In this document: positions 43,481 through 57,488 of the stretch, piece after piece
How positions within the stretch are numbered: position 1 is the first letter of the stretch
Layout of the letters: each line of letters opens with the position of its first letter
Source of the DNA: Paraspadella gotoi
Taxonomy: Eukaryota; Animalia; Chaetognatha
Length of the DNA stretch: 64,000 bases
Reading direction: 5' to 3'
Assembly: GCA_051294375.1 (NCBI GenBank)
Contig: CM119264.1
Coordinates: 18,333,454-18,397,453, forward strand
Position numbers and translations under genes: made by a program
The notes under the pieces: generated by a model
Databases searched by the model: none
Seen by the model: the letters and a program-made list of their open reading frames with translations, nothing else
What the model was told of the DNA's origin: nothing

Positions 43481-44444
43481 AATTAAGGAAAGAACACATT
43501 CGTCAGGTCTTTGTTTAGTCTATAATATTTCGGTAATAGTCGGAATTAATTCTTTTTTAAATGTCACTCATTTTCTGGGGTGGGGTTAAAAGAAAGATTT
43601 TTCGGCCTTATTTTTTTAGAACTCCTCATTTCATCTTTAATTTAGAGGTTACTGAGTTTGGTCAAGAATTTGGGTTCGATATTGATGTTTATTGTTAAGG
43701 CTAAAGTAAGGTTTAAATAAAGTTCATGGATTAAGTAACAGAAATAGGGCGCTTTTGGAAAAAAAAGAAGATTTTCCTACATCAATATCACGTAAGAACA
43801 TTCTACACTTTTCGTTTGACTTTCCATTTTCTGTCCTCGGCTCGTCTTGCCGTTATGAGGCGCTTCATTTACCATTTATCATTACGATTTTAAATATATT
43901 TTTCCTTATCAATATTATCAAAATAACTTCAAGCCCTGTTGCCATTCGAAAGCAATCTCAAGATCTCACCGAGTTGCTTAGTCTCCGCCGAGAGGTGTAA
44001 TTTTTTAATCGTAAGGCAAATTTACAAAAGAATTGACTTCACTATACTCTTCGAAGACAAACCGAAGAAAGAATTCCTATTTTCTATAATGATAGATACC
44101 AATAAAATGAAAACAACAACAAACAACCAACCCATTCTTCTTCTAGAACCCTCCAGCTTTTCCCTCATATAATCTTCTTATCTTTCCGTCTCATATTAAG
44201 TCACTTCCCCTATCACGATTCGCCCGCCCTGCCCCTCCACTCCTACTATCTCTCTTTTCGCGCCGCACCTTATCTTCCTTGCCGGTTCACACTGACGCGT
44301 CGTTAACTCACGTCTCTCTCTCGTCTCTTCCATCTCTCCCTCTCTCTCTTCTCCTCTCTCTCTCTATCTTCTCTGCTCTCTCTCTTCTCCATCTCTCGTT
44401 CTCTCTCCTCTCAGTCTCTCTTGTCGACGAGCGCTTCGCCTCCT

Positions 44445-44501
<57 letters not shown>

Positions 44502-47500
44502 CTTTCCTCTGTCTCTGCTCTCTCTCTCTACCAGCCCCTTTCCCCACCTCACCTCTCTGCCATAAATTCTTTTCTTACCCCCAGCGCAAATCATTTATTT
44601 TATGCCTCCTTCTTACTTCTTCTCTTGACGTTCCTCGTCCAATGACTCGTTAAACCCAGTCTTCCATCAAGACTTTCCTCGTTCCGGTCAGGTTCCTTTT
44701 TTTTTCGAAGGAGAGGGGGTGTAAGGTTCCTTTTATTTCCTTTTCTTTTCTACGGCTTCCACCCCGAGTCACTTTTATTTCTTCCTCATATATTCTTCTT
44801 TCTCGTATTCTTTTTTTATTTTCCTCAATAATATGGATATCGTTTGCCTTTGCCGATGATGAAATCCATTCTTTTCTGAATAGAAGAACAAGAAGTATAA
44901 AGATTCTTTTATTTCATATAAATCTATATCTATTTATTAATGAAGGATTGTCTTTCCACTCATATGTTTTCGCCTCTTTTCCGCTTTCCATAATTTAAAT
45001 TCAATTTCCACCGCGCTATGACTATTTATATTTTCCTTCGTAGCATACCAAGATCTTCTGTTTTTCAGTTCCTTTTAAAATGAATTAATCAAGTCATTTC
45101 TTTCTTGAAAAATTCGCTAAAGATTTAATTAAAAAAATATTGATTCATCTTTCCGCACAAACCATTAACTCCCAGAGTCTTCCTTTAATTTTCATTCATA
45201 TGATTGATTTTCCATTTAAAATGCGATCACCACCATTCCCATTGCCGCATTTCATGTCAATACACAAAGATCCAAGTTCGAATTTACAGCAATTGATTCC
45301 GTTAAGCGAAATTAAACAAATTACTGACGAGAAAAGATCATTGATATCACCACATCTTGCTTCTGCTGCTATAAGTTAAACAATATAAATAACTATGTTT
45401 AATTACGTTTTTTTTTTAATTAAACAATTCCGCCCTCTTTTCTTCTGTCCCCATCATCGTCTTTATCTTTCCCTCCACATCCCGGCTTTTAGCTCCTCCC
45501 CGTCTCACCTTCCCATCTACCTTTTCTTTCCTTCCCATCTACCGTTTCTTTCTTTCCCATCTCTCGCTTCTTTCCTTTTTTCCTCCTTTCCTTTCCGAGC
45601 GATCTACCCTTTCCTCGCGATCTCCCCCTCCGTCGGTTTTAGCCGCCGTTAACGTCTTCCGCCTCATAAACTTTGGTAACCTTTGGACCGACTGATACAT
45701 TTTCTCGACAGAGAACGTCTGCCCTGCGGATTTTTCTTTTCTTTTTTTTTTTCAGTTGTCTTTTGCGATGGGGATTAGTTGTTGTCTTCCGCTTGAAAAA
45801 GAATCGATTATCACGATTTTCGATATGAAAAGTCGGCGATGGCGTCTCTTTTGGCGACCATGTCTGCAATGGCGTGGGCCACTGNNNNNNNNNNCGATTT
45901 GACGTGGACTTCGACAAGTTTGTCGCCATTGAACGTTCTTCCCGTTTTTTAGTCGTAATAAATTCTCCTTAATCAAATTATTATTTCCACAACTTCTNNN
46001 NNNNNNNNNNNNNNNNNNNNNNNNNNNNNNNNNNNNNNNNNTAGAGCACGAAGAATGTTCAGATAGCACATTTCTATTTTTCTCTTTTCGTCCGAATCAA
46101 AACGATGTATAAACGACCAAGAGATGGTAACAGCTAAAGCGAAAAGGACAACGACAACGACGCCACAAACGAAACGACAACAACATTTGTCTCGATACTT
46201 TTCGGACGACCGCATTCCTCCTCGCATCTCGAATTCGAGTTTCGTCCAAACGACGTTTTTTTCCCTTTTGTTCCATTATTGTTTCCGATTCCCGGCGCAC
46301 GTTCGACTTTGTCGCGAGGTCGCGCCGCCTCCGCCCCTTTTCCTCCCTCTCCTCCGCGCGGCATTCGAATTTTAAACCCGAATTAAGAAGAGAGTTAAAA
46401 AACCGCCGCACGCGAACCAGAGAATCAGAATGAGATCTCTTCTTTCCTATTTTTTTTTAAAGCGGGCGAGATCCTTTTTATTTCTTTTCTTTCTCTTTCG
46501 ATTTTTTTTTCTAGTTTTTATTTCCTTTTCATTTCCTCTTCTCTCGCCCGTTTTTTTTTTATCTCTCGTTCTTCTTCATCCACCGACGAATGAAGTGCGA
46601 AAAATCTTCTCTCCCCATTTCATCCATATTCCATTTCTTGTTTGCATCTTCCATTAAGCTCGATGCGAGATTTTGCGAGGGAAAGAGTGACAACTGTAGA
46701 AATGAANNNNNNNNNNNNNNNNNNNNNNNNNNNNNNNNNNNNNNNNNNNNNNNNNNNNNNNNNNNNNNNNNNNNNNNNNNNNNNNNNNNNNNNNNNNNNN
46801 NNNNNNNNNNNNNNNNNNNNNNNNNNNNNNNNNNNNNNNNNNNNNNNNNNNNNNNNNNNNNNNNNNNNNNNNNNNNNNNNNNNNNNNNNNNNNNNNNNNN
46901 NNNNNNNNNNNNNNNNNNNNNNNNNNNNNNNNNNNNNNNNNNNNNNNNNNNNNNNNNNNNNNNNNNNNNNNNNNNNNNNNNNNNNNNNNNNNNNGAGAGA
47001 TGTAGTTTGGACAGAGGAGAGAAAAGGATTTTCTTTATCCTTCTTGCCAGACGCACTGTTCCCCCTTCATTAACTCCTACTAATCAAGGAAGTTAATCTT
47101 CAAGTAGAAATTAAAAATTGATTCGCTTTGAGTTTCTTTGTTCTTGTTCTGTTTCTTTGCTTTGCTTTTTTCTCCTTTTCTTTATTTTTATTTTTTATTC
47201 TCATTAATTAAAAAAAGTCTCGAATGTTTTTTTCTTTAAAGCGAGAACCTAGATTAAGCAATTTCTCATTTCGAAGTTCAATTTAAAAACGAAATAGATT
47301 TTATCTCTCATTATCTCTCTNNNNNNNNNNNNNNNNNNNNNNNNNNNNNNNNNNNNNNNNNNNNNNNNNNNNNNNNNNNNNNNNNNNNNNNNNNNNNNNN
47401 NNNNNNNNNNNNNNNNNNNNNNNNNNNNNNNNNNNNNNNNNNNNNNNNNNNNNNNNNNNNNNNNNNNNNNNNNNNNNNNNNNNNNNNNNNTTTCCAAAAA

Positions 47501-49714
47501 AATTTTCTTCTCGTTTTGTTTACTTCCTGAGGGGGAGATCTTATGCTCCGCTGAAGAAAACGTTATTTCCCAAAAAGGTGATTTTGTTTTTTTTCCTTTT
47601 TTTTTTCATCTTCATATTTTGATGGAAAATTTTAGAATCTTAATTCTGTTTGCACGTCAGAAACTGACTTTTTCCAACAGTAATGCTTCCGATAAACGGT
47701 AAAAATACTATACAGCATTTCTCGACGCGTTTTAATTCAATATTCCACATACCTTTTATTACTAATTATGACATTTTTTTTCCAGTCTTAATATTTTAAA
47801 AATTGTACTGTACAAACCACCAGTGTTCATCCCACATTTCCCCAGATCTCTACCTGCCCTCCCTTTCCCTTACTCCCTTCCTCTTCTTCCCCTCTTCTCC
47901 TTCTCTCCCTTCCCCTACTTCCCCCGCACGTCTTTGTCGATTGACTCCTGATCTGCACCTCAGCGTGGATGGACTCCGGAGACTCGGCGCCTCTAAAACC
48001 GGAAGAGAGTCATTAACTCGACGCCTCGTGACTCCCAACAATGCTTCACTTTGTGCTACAGTGCAATGATTTTTGATTGGATGTGCTACGTTCTGCGTGC
48101 TACGTGCTACGTTTTGCCACAATTCAAAGCTTTTTTGACGCCGCAGTTGGATGTGCCAATGTGCGTCACGAGACAATGCTTTTTAGCTTTTTAGCTTTTT
48201 AAAGTTAAATGCAAATACAAAGAAAATTAACGTTGAATCGTTGAAATACTTGATCGATAACAGACGACTTCGCTTACCCGACGGCGTTAACGTGATTTGT
48301 CGATAAAACGCATAGCGTAGCGCAACGATTTCACGCCAAAGTGGAATTGAACGAATGTTACGCTACGCGGATGTGACGGGCCGTGTCTGGTAGCGTCATG
48401 GCTNNNNNNNNNNNNNNNNNNNNNNNNNNNNNNNNNNNNNNNNNNNNNNNNNNNNNNNNNNNNNNNNNNNNNNNNNNNNNNNNNNNNNNNNNNNNNNNNN
48501 NNNNNNNNNNNNNNNNNNNNNNNNNNNNNNNNNNNNNNNNNNNNNNNNNNNNNNNNNNNNNNNNNNNNNNNNNNNNNNNNNNNNNNNNNNNNNNNNNNNN
48601 NNNNNNNNNNNNNNNNNNNNNNNNNNNNNNNNNNNNNNNNNNNNNNNNNNNNNNNNNNNNNNNNNNNNNNNNNNNNNNNNNNNNNNNNNNNNNNNNNNNN
48701 NNNNNNNNNNNNNNNNNNNNNNNNNNNNNNNNNNNNNNNNNNNNNNNNNNNNNNNNNNNNNNNNNNNNNNTCCTCTCTCGTCCTCTCTCTTTCTCGATCT
48801 TCTCTCTCTTCTCTCTTCTCTTTCAGTCTCTTTTCTCTCTCTCTTTTTTTCGCATCCTCTGGCTGCTCTTTCCAACACTTGGTGAAAAATAGAGCAGTTG
48901 TTGTGGGGAGAAAACCGATTTAAGTCTTTCCCTCCGTAACGAAAATTAATTCTGACTTTTTCTTTTCTAAGCTTCATTCCGTCTCGCATTAAATTTCAAT
49001 CCTTTTTTTTTTCTCTCGGCAAACGGTTTTTTCGCGTTGTTTTCTCTCGATATCTTTATCTATTGTTAATATTTAATATTATCACTTTATCAGCATTATG
49101 ATATTCTTTTTTTGATATTGATAAATGATAATTATAATAGAAATAAAAATAAAAATTCAAAATATCGACTTTTTAGAACAATTTAAGAAAATAATCGAAT
49201 TTATTACATATACACAAAAATATATTTAAAAAAATTTCAAACAACAAAGATGGAAAAAAAAACAAAAAAACCAAAAACCAAAAAAACTAAAATTTTAAAC
49301 CAACCATTCATTACCAACCGATCATTACATTTAACTTTGTGCTAAAACATTATGATAACCAACATTCGATTTTTCATTCCCTAAAAGAAAAAAAGATACG
49401 AAAAAATCAGTTTCGTTCTTCTGTTCGTCTTTTCTCTATCGCCATTTACTTTTTCGTCATTTTCTTTCTTTTCTTTCTTTTCTACTTTCTCTCAAATTCT
49501 TTTTTCTTTCTTTCCTCGCCCCTAATCTATTTTTAATGAAGACTCGTGTCTGTCCACCGCCTAATCCGCTGCCGCAGCCGCCGCCGCAGCCGCCGCAGCC
49601 AACACTGACGCCTCCACCTCACCTTCGCCCGCCGCGCCGCCCACCTTCAGGTTCATAATTTGTCATTTGAGCCGCACCAAAGTCCTATAGCCTACCATCT
49701 ACGTCTTTGCGAAT

Positions 49715-49716
<2 letters not shown>

Positions 49717-49792
<76 letters not shown>
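49717..49792 (+). repeat. (CT)n microsatellite
   Basis: Direct reading. Confidence 0.95.
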
Positions 49793-49796
<4 letters not shown>

Positions 49797-52700
49797 TTTC
49801 TCTCTCTATCTCCCTCTCTCTTTGTCTCTCTTTCTCTCTTTATATCCTACGTTTAAAAAATAACCAAGAACCCCAAGGAGTTTGTATTTTGAATCATACA
49901 GTGAACATACTCACGTTTGTCGGTGAAAAAGCGTGAACGTCAGGTCAAGAAGGTTTTCGTGACTATCACCACTTTCAAAGAGAGCGTCGACTTCGGTTGC
50001 GATCAAAAAAGGGGGAGGCGTGATTTAGACGGAACGCAGATGTTTTCCAAGACAAAGTCCGATAGTTTGTATCGAAAAAGTGGCGCAAAATCGTTTTCTC
50101 TCTTTCCGCTGTCGAATTTTATCATAGGGATTTAAATAAAAAACAAAAAGGTTAAAATCGCTTTTCCGATTTTACATTGATAACTCAACTTGACTGTTCA
50201 GGGTGACGATTTACCGGTTTTATTGAAAAATATTTAGAAATGTTTAAATTCAGGAAAGTTAAGGATTCGATTTTTCCGTTTAAAACCTTCAAAGTGAAAA
50301 TCAAAATTCTTCTTGAATTTTTTTTTTTTTTTTTCACGTAAAAAAAATAAGCGTTTAACTAGGAGAAAAAAAAGTTAAAATATTAAAAGATTCTGGAAAG
50401 ATTGCTTCGTCGATTAAAAGATAGTTAATTGGGAAACTTAACCCTTTTTTTTCAGAGTTATTTGAAGGAAGAACATAGTACATAGACGAAATGTCTTTCG
50501 GCGAGGTTCAATCGGGCAAACGACCAAACGAGCGATTCTTCTTTTTCTTGTTTTCGCCAAAATATTTTGATCTTTTTATTGCTCTATTTGCTTGTTTTTC
50601 GTTCTTTCCCGACGAAATGGCGAGCTCGAATGGGTTTTTCCCCGAGGTGCTCGCTATGTCTTCACTCTTGATCTTTCGACCGTCTCGCAATCTCTGAGCG
50701 AAGCTTCCACGTTTCGTCGCTTAGTGATCGTTGATATATGTATTAGGTTTTCAATTGTCGTCTTTCTGTATCATCACTAGTGAAATTGGTACAACCAATA
50801 TAATATTATCTTAGTCATCGTCTTTTATATTCCTCCTTTCTCCCCTTTTCTTCTTCCCTTCTCTTTCCTTGATGTCTTCGTTCTCCATTCTTTCTTTTTT
50901 TCCCCTTATCCATTCGTCTTCATGAATTTCTTCGTATTATTCATCTTCTTTCCCATTATCACTCCCACTTTCCCTCATTTTTTTCCTTGATAATTCCTTC
51001 TAATCTAATTATAATGCGATGTTTTGCGACATTAATCAGAAATGTGCTTTCTCATTTTTAAGGACTGCATGTAATTAGAACAAGGCCGTGCAAATTTTTC
51101 TCACCAAATTTGTCTTTTCTCCGGTAATAATTTTCAGTTTTGAGGACTATCTCTCAAATCGCTTTCGAAAACTCTTGGTATTGCTTTTTCCTATCTTTCC
51201 ATTTTTTCTTTTGATAATTTTCCCGACTTATTATTTCACATTAAGCTCCCAACGTCTCTCTTAACTTTCTTAGGCTCTCCTTTAGTCATTTTAGTCGTCA
51301 CTCAACGCTTATTATTTTTCTCTGCTCTCAGTACCACTTCCTCTAAACACTTTTAAAATTATATTTTTATTATTTATTATTTTAATTAACTTCAGGCTTT
51401 ACTTATTTTGGTCTCTAATCTCAATCTTACACACTCTGAGATTCTCACTGTCTCCACTCTCAACTCTTTCTCGCTCTTTCTGCTTTAAAATTCAAGCGAA
51501 AGCGTCCAAAACGCATTAATTTCTCGGTTTAATGTTGTCCCCAAATGATCGTTGCCGCGAGACCCAGTTTTTTTCGGCCTCCCATCCTTCCGGGTGAGGC
51601 TCCGGAGATTTACAAAACGGAGAGAGANNNNNNNNNNNNNNNNNNNNNNNNNNNNNNNNNNNNNNNNNNNNNNNNNNNNNNNNNNNNNNNNNNNNNNNNN
51701 NNNNNNNNNNNNNNNNNNNNNNNNNNNNNNNNNNNNNNNNNNNNNNNNNNNNNNNNNNGAGAGAGAGAGAGAGAGATAAAGAATCCGTTATTGATCTCCC
51801 ATAAACAATATTCTTGACTCAAGAAGGAAGTGTCTCCCAAATGCTTCCGCTTAGAAAAGATTTCCAATGAAACGAAGGATGTGAAAGAATTTCGCTGAAA
51901 GTAGGACTGATTAATTATGGTCGATTTCTTGCATAAGAAACACGAATTTGCGGTTTGTTCTTTTTAAAAAAAATGAAAAATAATTCTTTCGGCTTCGTAT
52001 ACCATTTAATTTTTTTGAAAATAAATTAGAAGATTGTAAAAAAAAAGATATTTTAAAAAATTTGAAGTTGAAAATAAAACGTGAAGGAAAATTTCCTGTT
52101 CGGATTTATTTTTAGACTCGGTCGTCATAGAGACTAACGCGTGGCTCGTGACGCGAACGCGCGTGGCGGNNNNNNNNNNNNNNNNNNNNNNNNNNNNNNN
52201 NNNNNNNNNNNNNNNNNNNNNNNNNNNNNNNNNNNNNNNNNNNNNNNNNNNNNNNNNNNNNNNNNNNNNNNNNNNNNNNNNNNNNNNNNNNNNNNNNNNN
52301 NNNNNNNNNNNNNNNNNNNNNNNNNNNNNNNNNNNNNNNNNNNNNNNNNNNNNNNNNNNNNNNNNNNNNNNNNNNNNNNNNNNNNNNNNNNNNNNNNAGA
52401 GAGAGAGAGAGAGAGAGAGCGTTATCGAGTTCGCCGTCAAGTTGTTGAGCTGAAAATTTGACAAACGAGGAAAAATGAGACAAAACGGAAAGAAGCACTA
52501 CATCAATACATAAAACTTTAAAATATACATTAACCAAATTTAGTTTGGTTTTTTATTCTTAGTCCGGAATGGAATGTTATTACGTCAGACGTTTTTTGCT
52601 CAGCGCAAAATTATCGTGAAAAAAACTGGAGTTATCTAGGCAGTGAACGAGCATCATTAACTTGAAATATTATAATCGTCACGGCCGCAAATGAAGGAAA

Positions 52701-53717
52701 ANNNNNNNNNNNNNNNNNNNNNNNNNNNNNNNNNNNNNNNNNNNNNNNNNNNNNNNNNNNNNNNNNNNNNNNNNNNNNNNNNNNNNNNNNNNNNNNNNNN
52801 NNNNNNNNNNNNNNNNNNNNNNNNNNNNNNNNNNNNNNNNNNNNNNNNNNNNNNNNNNNNNNNNNNNNNNNNNNNNNNNNNNNNNNAGATAGAAGAATGT
52901 TTTTTTTACTTTTTATTTTATTTCCTGAGACTGCGAGGCGAAACAACTGATAAAAAAGCCAGGTGCTTCCTTCTTACTTTCTTTCTTTTATCTTCTTTTT
53001 CCCCCCTTTTTTCTTGTCCTTCCTTTATTCTCATTCTCTCCCTCTTTTCCTCTCTCCCGCGGCCGCTGCCTCCCTTGAGCCCCGGTCCATTTTTTATCTC
53101 CCAAATTAACTACCGTAAATCTCATTGAGTTTCAATCTCAATGTCTTCCTCCATTTATCTCTTCTAGTCGGTCTCCCTTTTCCTTCTCGCAAAATTGCTC
53201 TTTGTCGCATCCATTATTCTCTCTCCAGCTTCGCCGCCCATTTTCACCCACCAACGAGCGACTCCGGCAACAACCAACCTTTCCTCTTACCTCCTCCTTT
53301 TTCCCCGACGGCACTCTCGCCGGAATCGCGCGTGAGGCGATTTCGCGGGCAACGAGCAACCGGGGAGTCAACGTAGAATCACGGACGATTTACATTTACA
53401 TTTACATTTCATAGACATTTTGACGAAAAGATTGACCGATCACAGATGGGGTGAACGGATAAATGGTTCGATGAATGAATGAATGAATCAAAGCGACCAA
53501 AAAAAATTTCATGATGACTTTTTACTGTTTATTCTGTTTCGTTATTTAAAAAAATCGAGCAATGAAAACATTATATATAAAGTAATTGACATAGAAATTT
53601 ACAAACAAAAAAATCTGAAGACGACAATGGATAAAATTTGTGCCGGCGAAGGTAAAGAGACGTGAAGAAGTCGGACTAAGAGAGAAAGAGGGAAAACATC
53701 TTGAGGATAGAGGAGAG

Positions 53718-53757
53718 AGAGGAGGAGGAGGAGGAGGAGGAGGAGGAGGAGGAGGAA
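53718..53757 (+). repeat. (GGA)n microsatellite
   Basis: About 12 copies. Confidence 0.9.
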
Positions 53758-53909
53758 ATTGAGGAGTAGGAGGAAAAGAGCCGATGAATGATTTCATAAT
53801 TATACTTGATTATAAACATTGAAACGACTTCACTCTTAGCAACGCTAGGTTGATTCCAATTTCAAGGATTGATTGTGACGAGACAGAATTTTCCTTTAGA
53901 CGACGACCG

Positions 53910-53961
<52 letters not shown>

Positions 53962-53962
53962 C
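53910..53962 (+). repeat. (GACAAC)n hexanucleotide microsatellite
   Basis: About 8 perfect copies. Confidence 0.9.
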
Positions 53963-55437
53963 ATGACTTCTCCGTCGCTTTCATTTACATTTGTTTTCTT
54001 TCTCGAGGATTCAATTGAAGATGAGTCTGGTTCAAAGGGATTGATGTTGAACCGTGAAACGTTGATTTAATCAACGAGCAGATGGTTGTGTTTATTTATA
54101 CAATTTAAAAAGTTTTTAATAAAATCAGAGTTTTTTGTTTAAAATTTTTGTGCCGGTCAGGACGAACGGATCATTGACCCGAACTTGGGTTCATTTTTCG
54201 GAATCTAATTTCGTTTACTGAACCGTGAATAATATTTGGTTCGGTTTGGCTCCATCTTTGAGAAGATAGAGACCACGGTTGTTCACCAAAGGACGAATGC
54301 GAGGACGAACGAACAACCCGTTCTTTTGTTCGTAGATGATCGGAGGAACAGAACATCCTGCCCTCGGAGAGAAGGAGGAGAGAGAGGGAAACGATGAAAA
54401 ATCATGCGGAGAAGGAGAAAAGGAGGAGGAGGTCAAAATATACTCAGTCCTACTGGAAAATAGATCGGAATTCAGCGCGAGACGGAAAATGACGAAGGGA
54501 GGAGATCGATCGGGGAGGAAACCCGATTGCCTGCTCGAGGACGTTTACGCGAGCAGAACGGGTACTGTTTCTGTTCCGTGGGCGGAGGAGAACAATTTGG
54601 TTTCCGAGGAAATAATCTTCTTGAAAGTAATGTTTTTTTGTTTGTTCAGGAACTTCAAGGAGCAAACTTGAAATAAATCGATTTATCTAAATCTAAATTA
54701 AATCTAATCAATCTAACGATTCTATTTCATTTCATATAAAGATAAAGCTTTGATAGTTAAGAATATTGAAAACTGCTGCAAAGTCAATCCCACAGTCAAC
54801 GAGGAGAATCCCTTCCAAGACCCAAGTTCGCGTTTTGAAGGCAGGGAATTCGTGAACCTAAACCATTAGGCGAGACACGTTTGCTGTCGTAAATAGCTTA
54901 TTCCATGACCACAAACCATTGTTTTGCTTGAAGAGGACCGCGTTTTTGCTTCGAACTGTTTGGGTATTCACCGTGGGCCGCTCGTGAGGTGGTCCATGGC
55001 CTTGGTGACGGGTCGTACGGTTCTGAGCCCGAATACTTCACATGACTTTATTACTGTCGCACGGACGAAGCAGCTCGCAATACAAACGACGAGTTGCAAA
55101 CGTTTGCGAAAACGAAATCATTTCTACCGTCTTTTATTTTTCCTCATCCTCCTCGTTTTTTCCTCCCTCCCTCCTTCTTGTTCCTCTTCTTTCCTGTTTT
55201 CGCTCCTTCTCTCTTAGGCAATAACGAGATTTTTCCTCCGTCTAATCACCCCGGTTTGCCTACGTTCTAGTCCTGGTGCATCTATTTTCAACTCTCACTC
55301 TTCTATCTCTCTCTCTTCATCTCTCTCTCTCTGCTCTCTCTCATCTGCTCCTCTTTCTCCCCACTCTCGCCACCTGATTGCCTTCAACGCTTGTCATTTC
55401 TTTCTCTCTCTCTCCTCTCTCGCTCTCCGTTCTTCCT

Positions 55438-55475
<38 letters not shown>

Positions 55476-57433
55476 TCTCTCGTCCACCTGAATTCCTCAA
55501 ACGGCCTTTCATTCTTTCCTCCTCTCTCTCCTCTCTCCCTCCTCTCTCTCCCCTCTCTCTCCTCCCCTCTCTCTCCCTCTCTCCTCTCTCTCTCTTCTCG
55601 CCACTCTCTCCACCTGAAATTCCTTAAACGCTTTCAATCCTCTCTCTCGTCTCTCTCTCTCCCCTCCTCTTCTCTCTCTCTTCCTTCTCTCTCTCTTCCG
55701 CTCTCTCAGTCTCTCCCCACTCTCTCACCCGATTCCTTCAAAGCGCTCATTCCCCTTCCCTCTCCTCCTCTCTGCTCTCTCTTCTCCGTCTCCGTCAGTC
55801 TCTCTCTCTCTCTCTCTCCCCACTCTCTCCAACTGAAAATTCCTTCAAGGCGAGCGAGGGAGACTTTTCTTAAACGTTCATTCTAATCCCTTTCTTCAAA
55901 TTTCACCCCTTCATCTCCCCCTACCACCTTCCATTATACGAGTCTCGTTTTCTTATCATAATCTTCTCTCCACACCTTCACTTGATTTTTTTCCGGTTCA
56001 CGTCGTTCACACCTTATCCTTCGAAACTCGCGGTCGCTTCCATGAACCCTTTCCTTGGGCCTCGCGAAAATCTCGTGTTTCTTTCTCTCTTTACGTCACG
56101 ACCTTTTTTTCTTTTTTTTTATTGTCCTTTTTTCCTCTTTTTTTTAAGGATTCTTTATTATCCGGAAGACTCATAACAGTAAACCCTTCGTCTCCGACCC
56201 GGAAGCGCGATCACCACAACACCCATCTAGACAAGACAAAGAAGGAAAGAAAAATTAAAAGGCATAAAATTCTCATAGTTCCTCTTCAAGAGCCGATGGT
56301 AATATAATCAAGGGAAATTTCATACGACTGCGCGAAACTAAATTAATCCCACGAGAAACGAGAGATAGATCATGTTCGCACAGTAAAGAGATAGTAAATA
56401 TTGAGGTCTTTCTGCTTTGTGATAATAATATATTATCTCTGATCTTGAAGATATATATATAAAAATTGTAGATATATTAATAAGCAAAATTTAAAATTTA
56501 AGTTTTCTTTTAACGAAAAGCCGTCCGTGAACCGTAAAAGAATAACCCGAGAGCTTTTCGGAGCCAAAACACGAAGAGAAATTTTCAACTTTGGATAATC
56601 TAAAGCAAGAACCAATTCTACCACTATGGTCTGTTTTTTTAAGTGAATTCTGCAAAAACGGTACATTTTTTATAAGTTTTTTGTGTCCTTGATGCTATAA
56701 TCGTTTTGTCATCTCTCGTGTCGACATCCGCGGAAAGCTTAATCGACAGGGTCTATTCATTTTAGAAGAGCGGAAGGAGGTGTGGAAGAAATTATGAAAG
56801 AAAAAGAGACCTCGTCTCTTAGAGAGAGATCTGCGCGAGCTACAGGGCATTTGGAGAGCGTCTAGGCAGCGGGGAAAGATGAAAAGGGGTGAAACTGAAA
56901 AATAATTGAATACAAAAACGGTAGAACTAAGAAGAACAATCACTCGCTCCCTCTCCTCTCGCGCATCTTTGCGCACTAGTCGATACACGTCTCTGGAAGA
57001 GAGTGTCGGGAAGAGAGCGATCACTGCTAGAGAGAGAGAGTCAGATCGACTCGACCGATCGAGAGACGTACTAGAGTCTACGATCACAATACTCGCTCTG
57101 TCTTTGCGCCAATTTCTTTCTGCTCCTGGCAATTAGGTCCTGCGGAGGCAGAGTGGCGTGCTCTCGCTGTCTGGAAAAAATGAGGAGCGAAGAGATTAAG
57201 AGAGGAGAACATATTGTATTATTTGACGATAAGAGAGAGAAGATGTAGAGATGTGTACCGAGTTTATAGAGTGGGGAAGAGATCCGCGTTAGATGAGATG
57301 CAGGGAAAGGAACCAATCAAAGGGAATCATTCGCAGAGATATGTGAACGAAAAAATTAACAGAATTCGTACCTGCAGAATGAGAAGAGAGAAAGAAGAAA
57401 ACTATGAAGCTTCATTGCTTCTCTCTCCCTCGT

Positions 57434-57488
<55 letters not shown>

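Noticed and set aside
55358-55860. Repeat-spacer pattern resembling a CRISPR array
   Set aside because: Spacers are CT microsatellite, repeats are variable, context is eukaryotic, no cas genes
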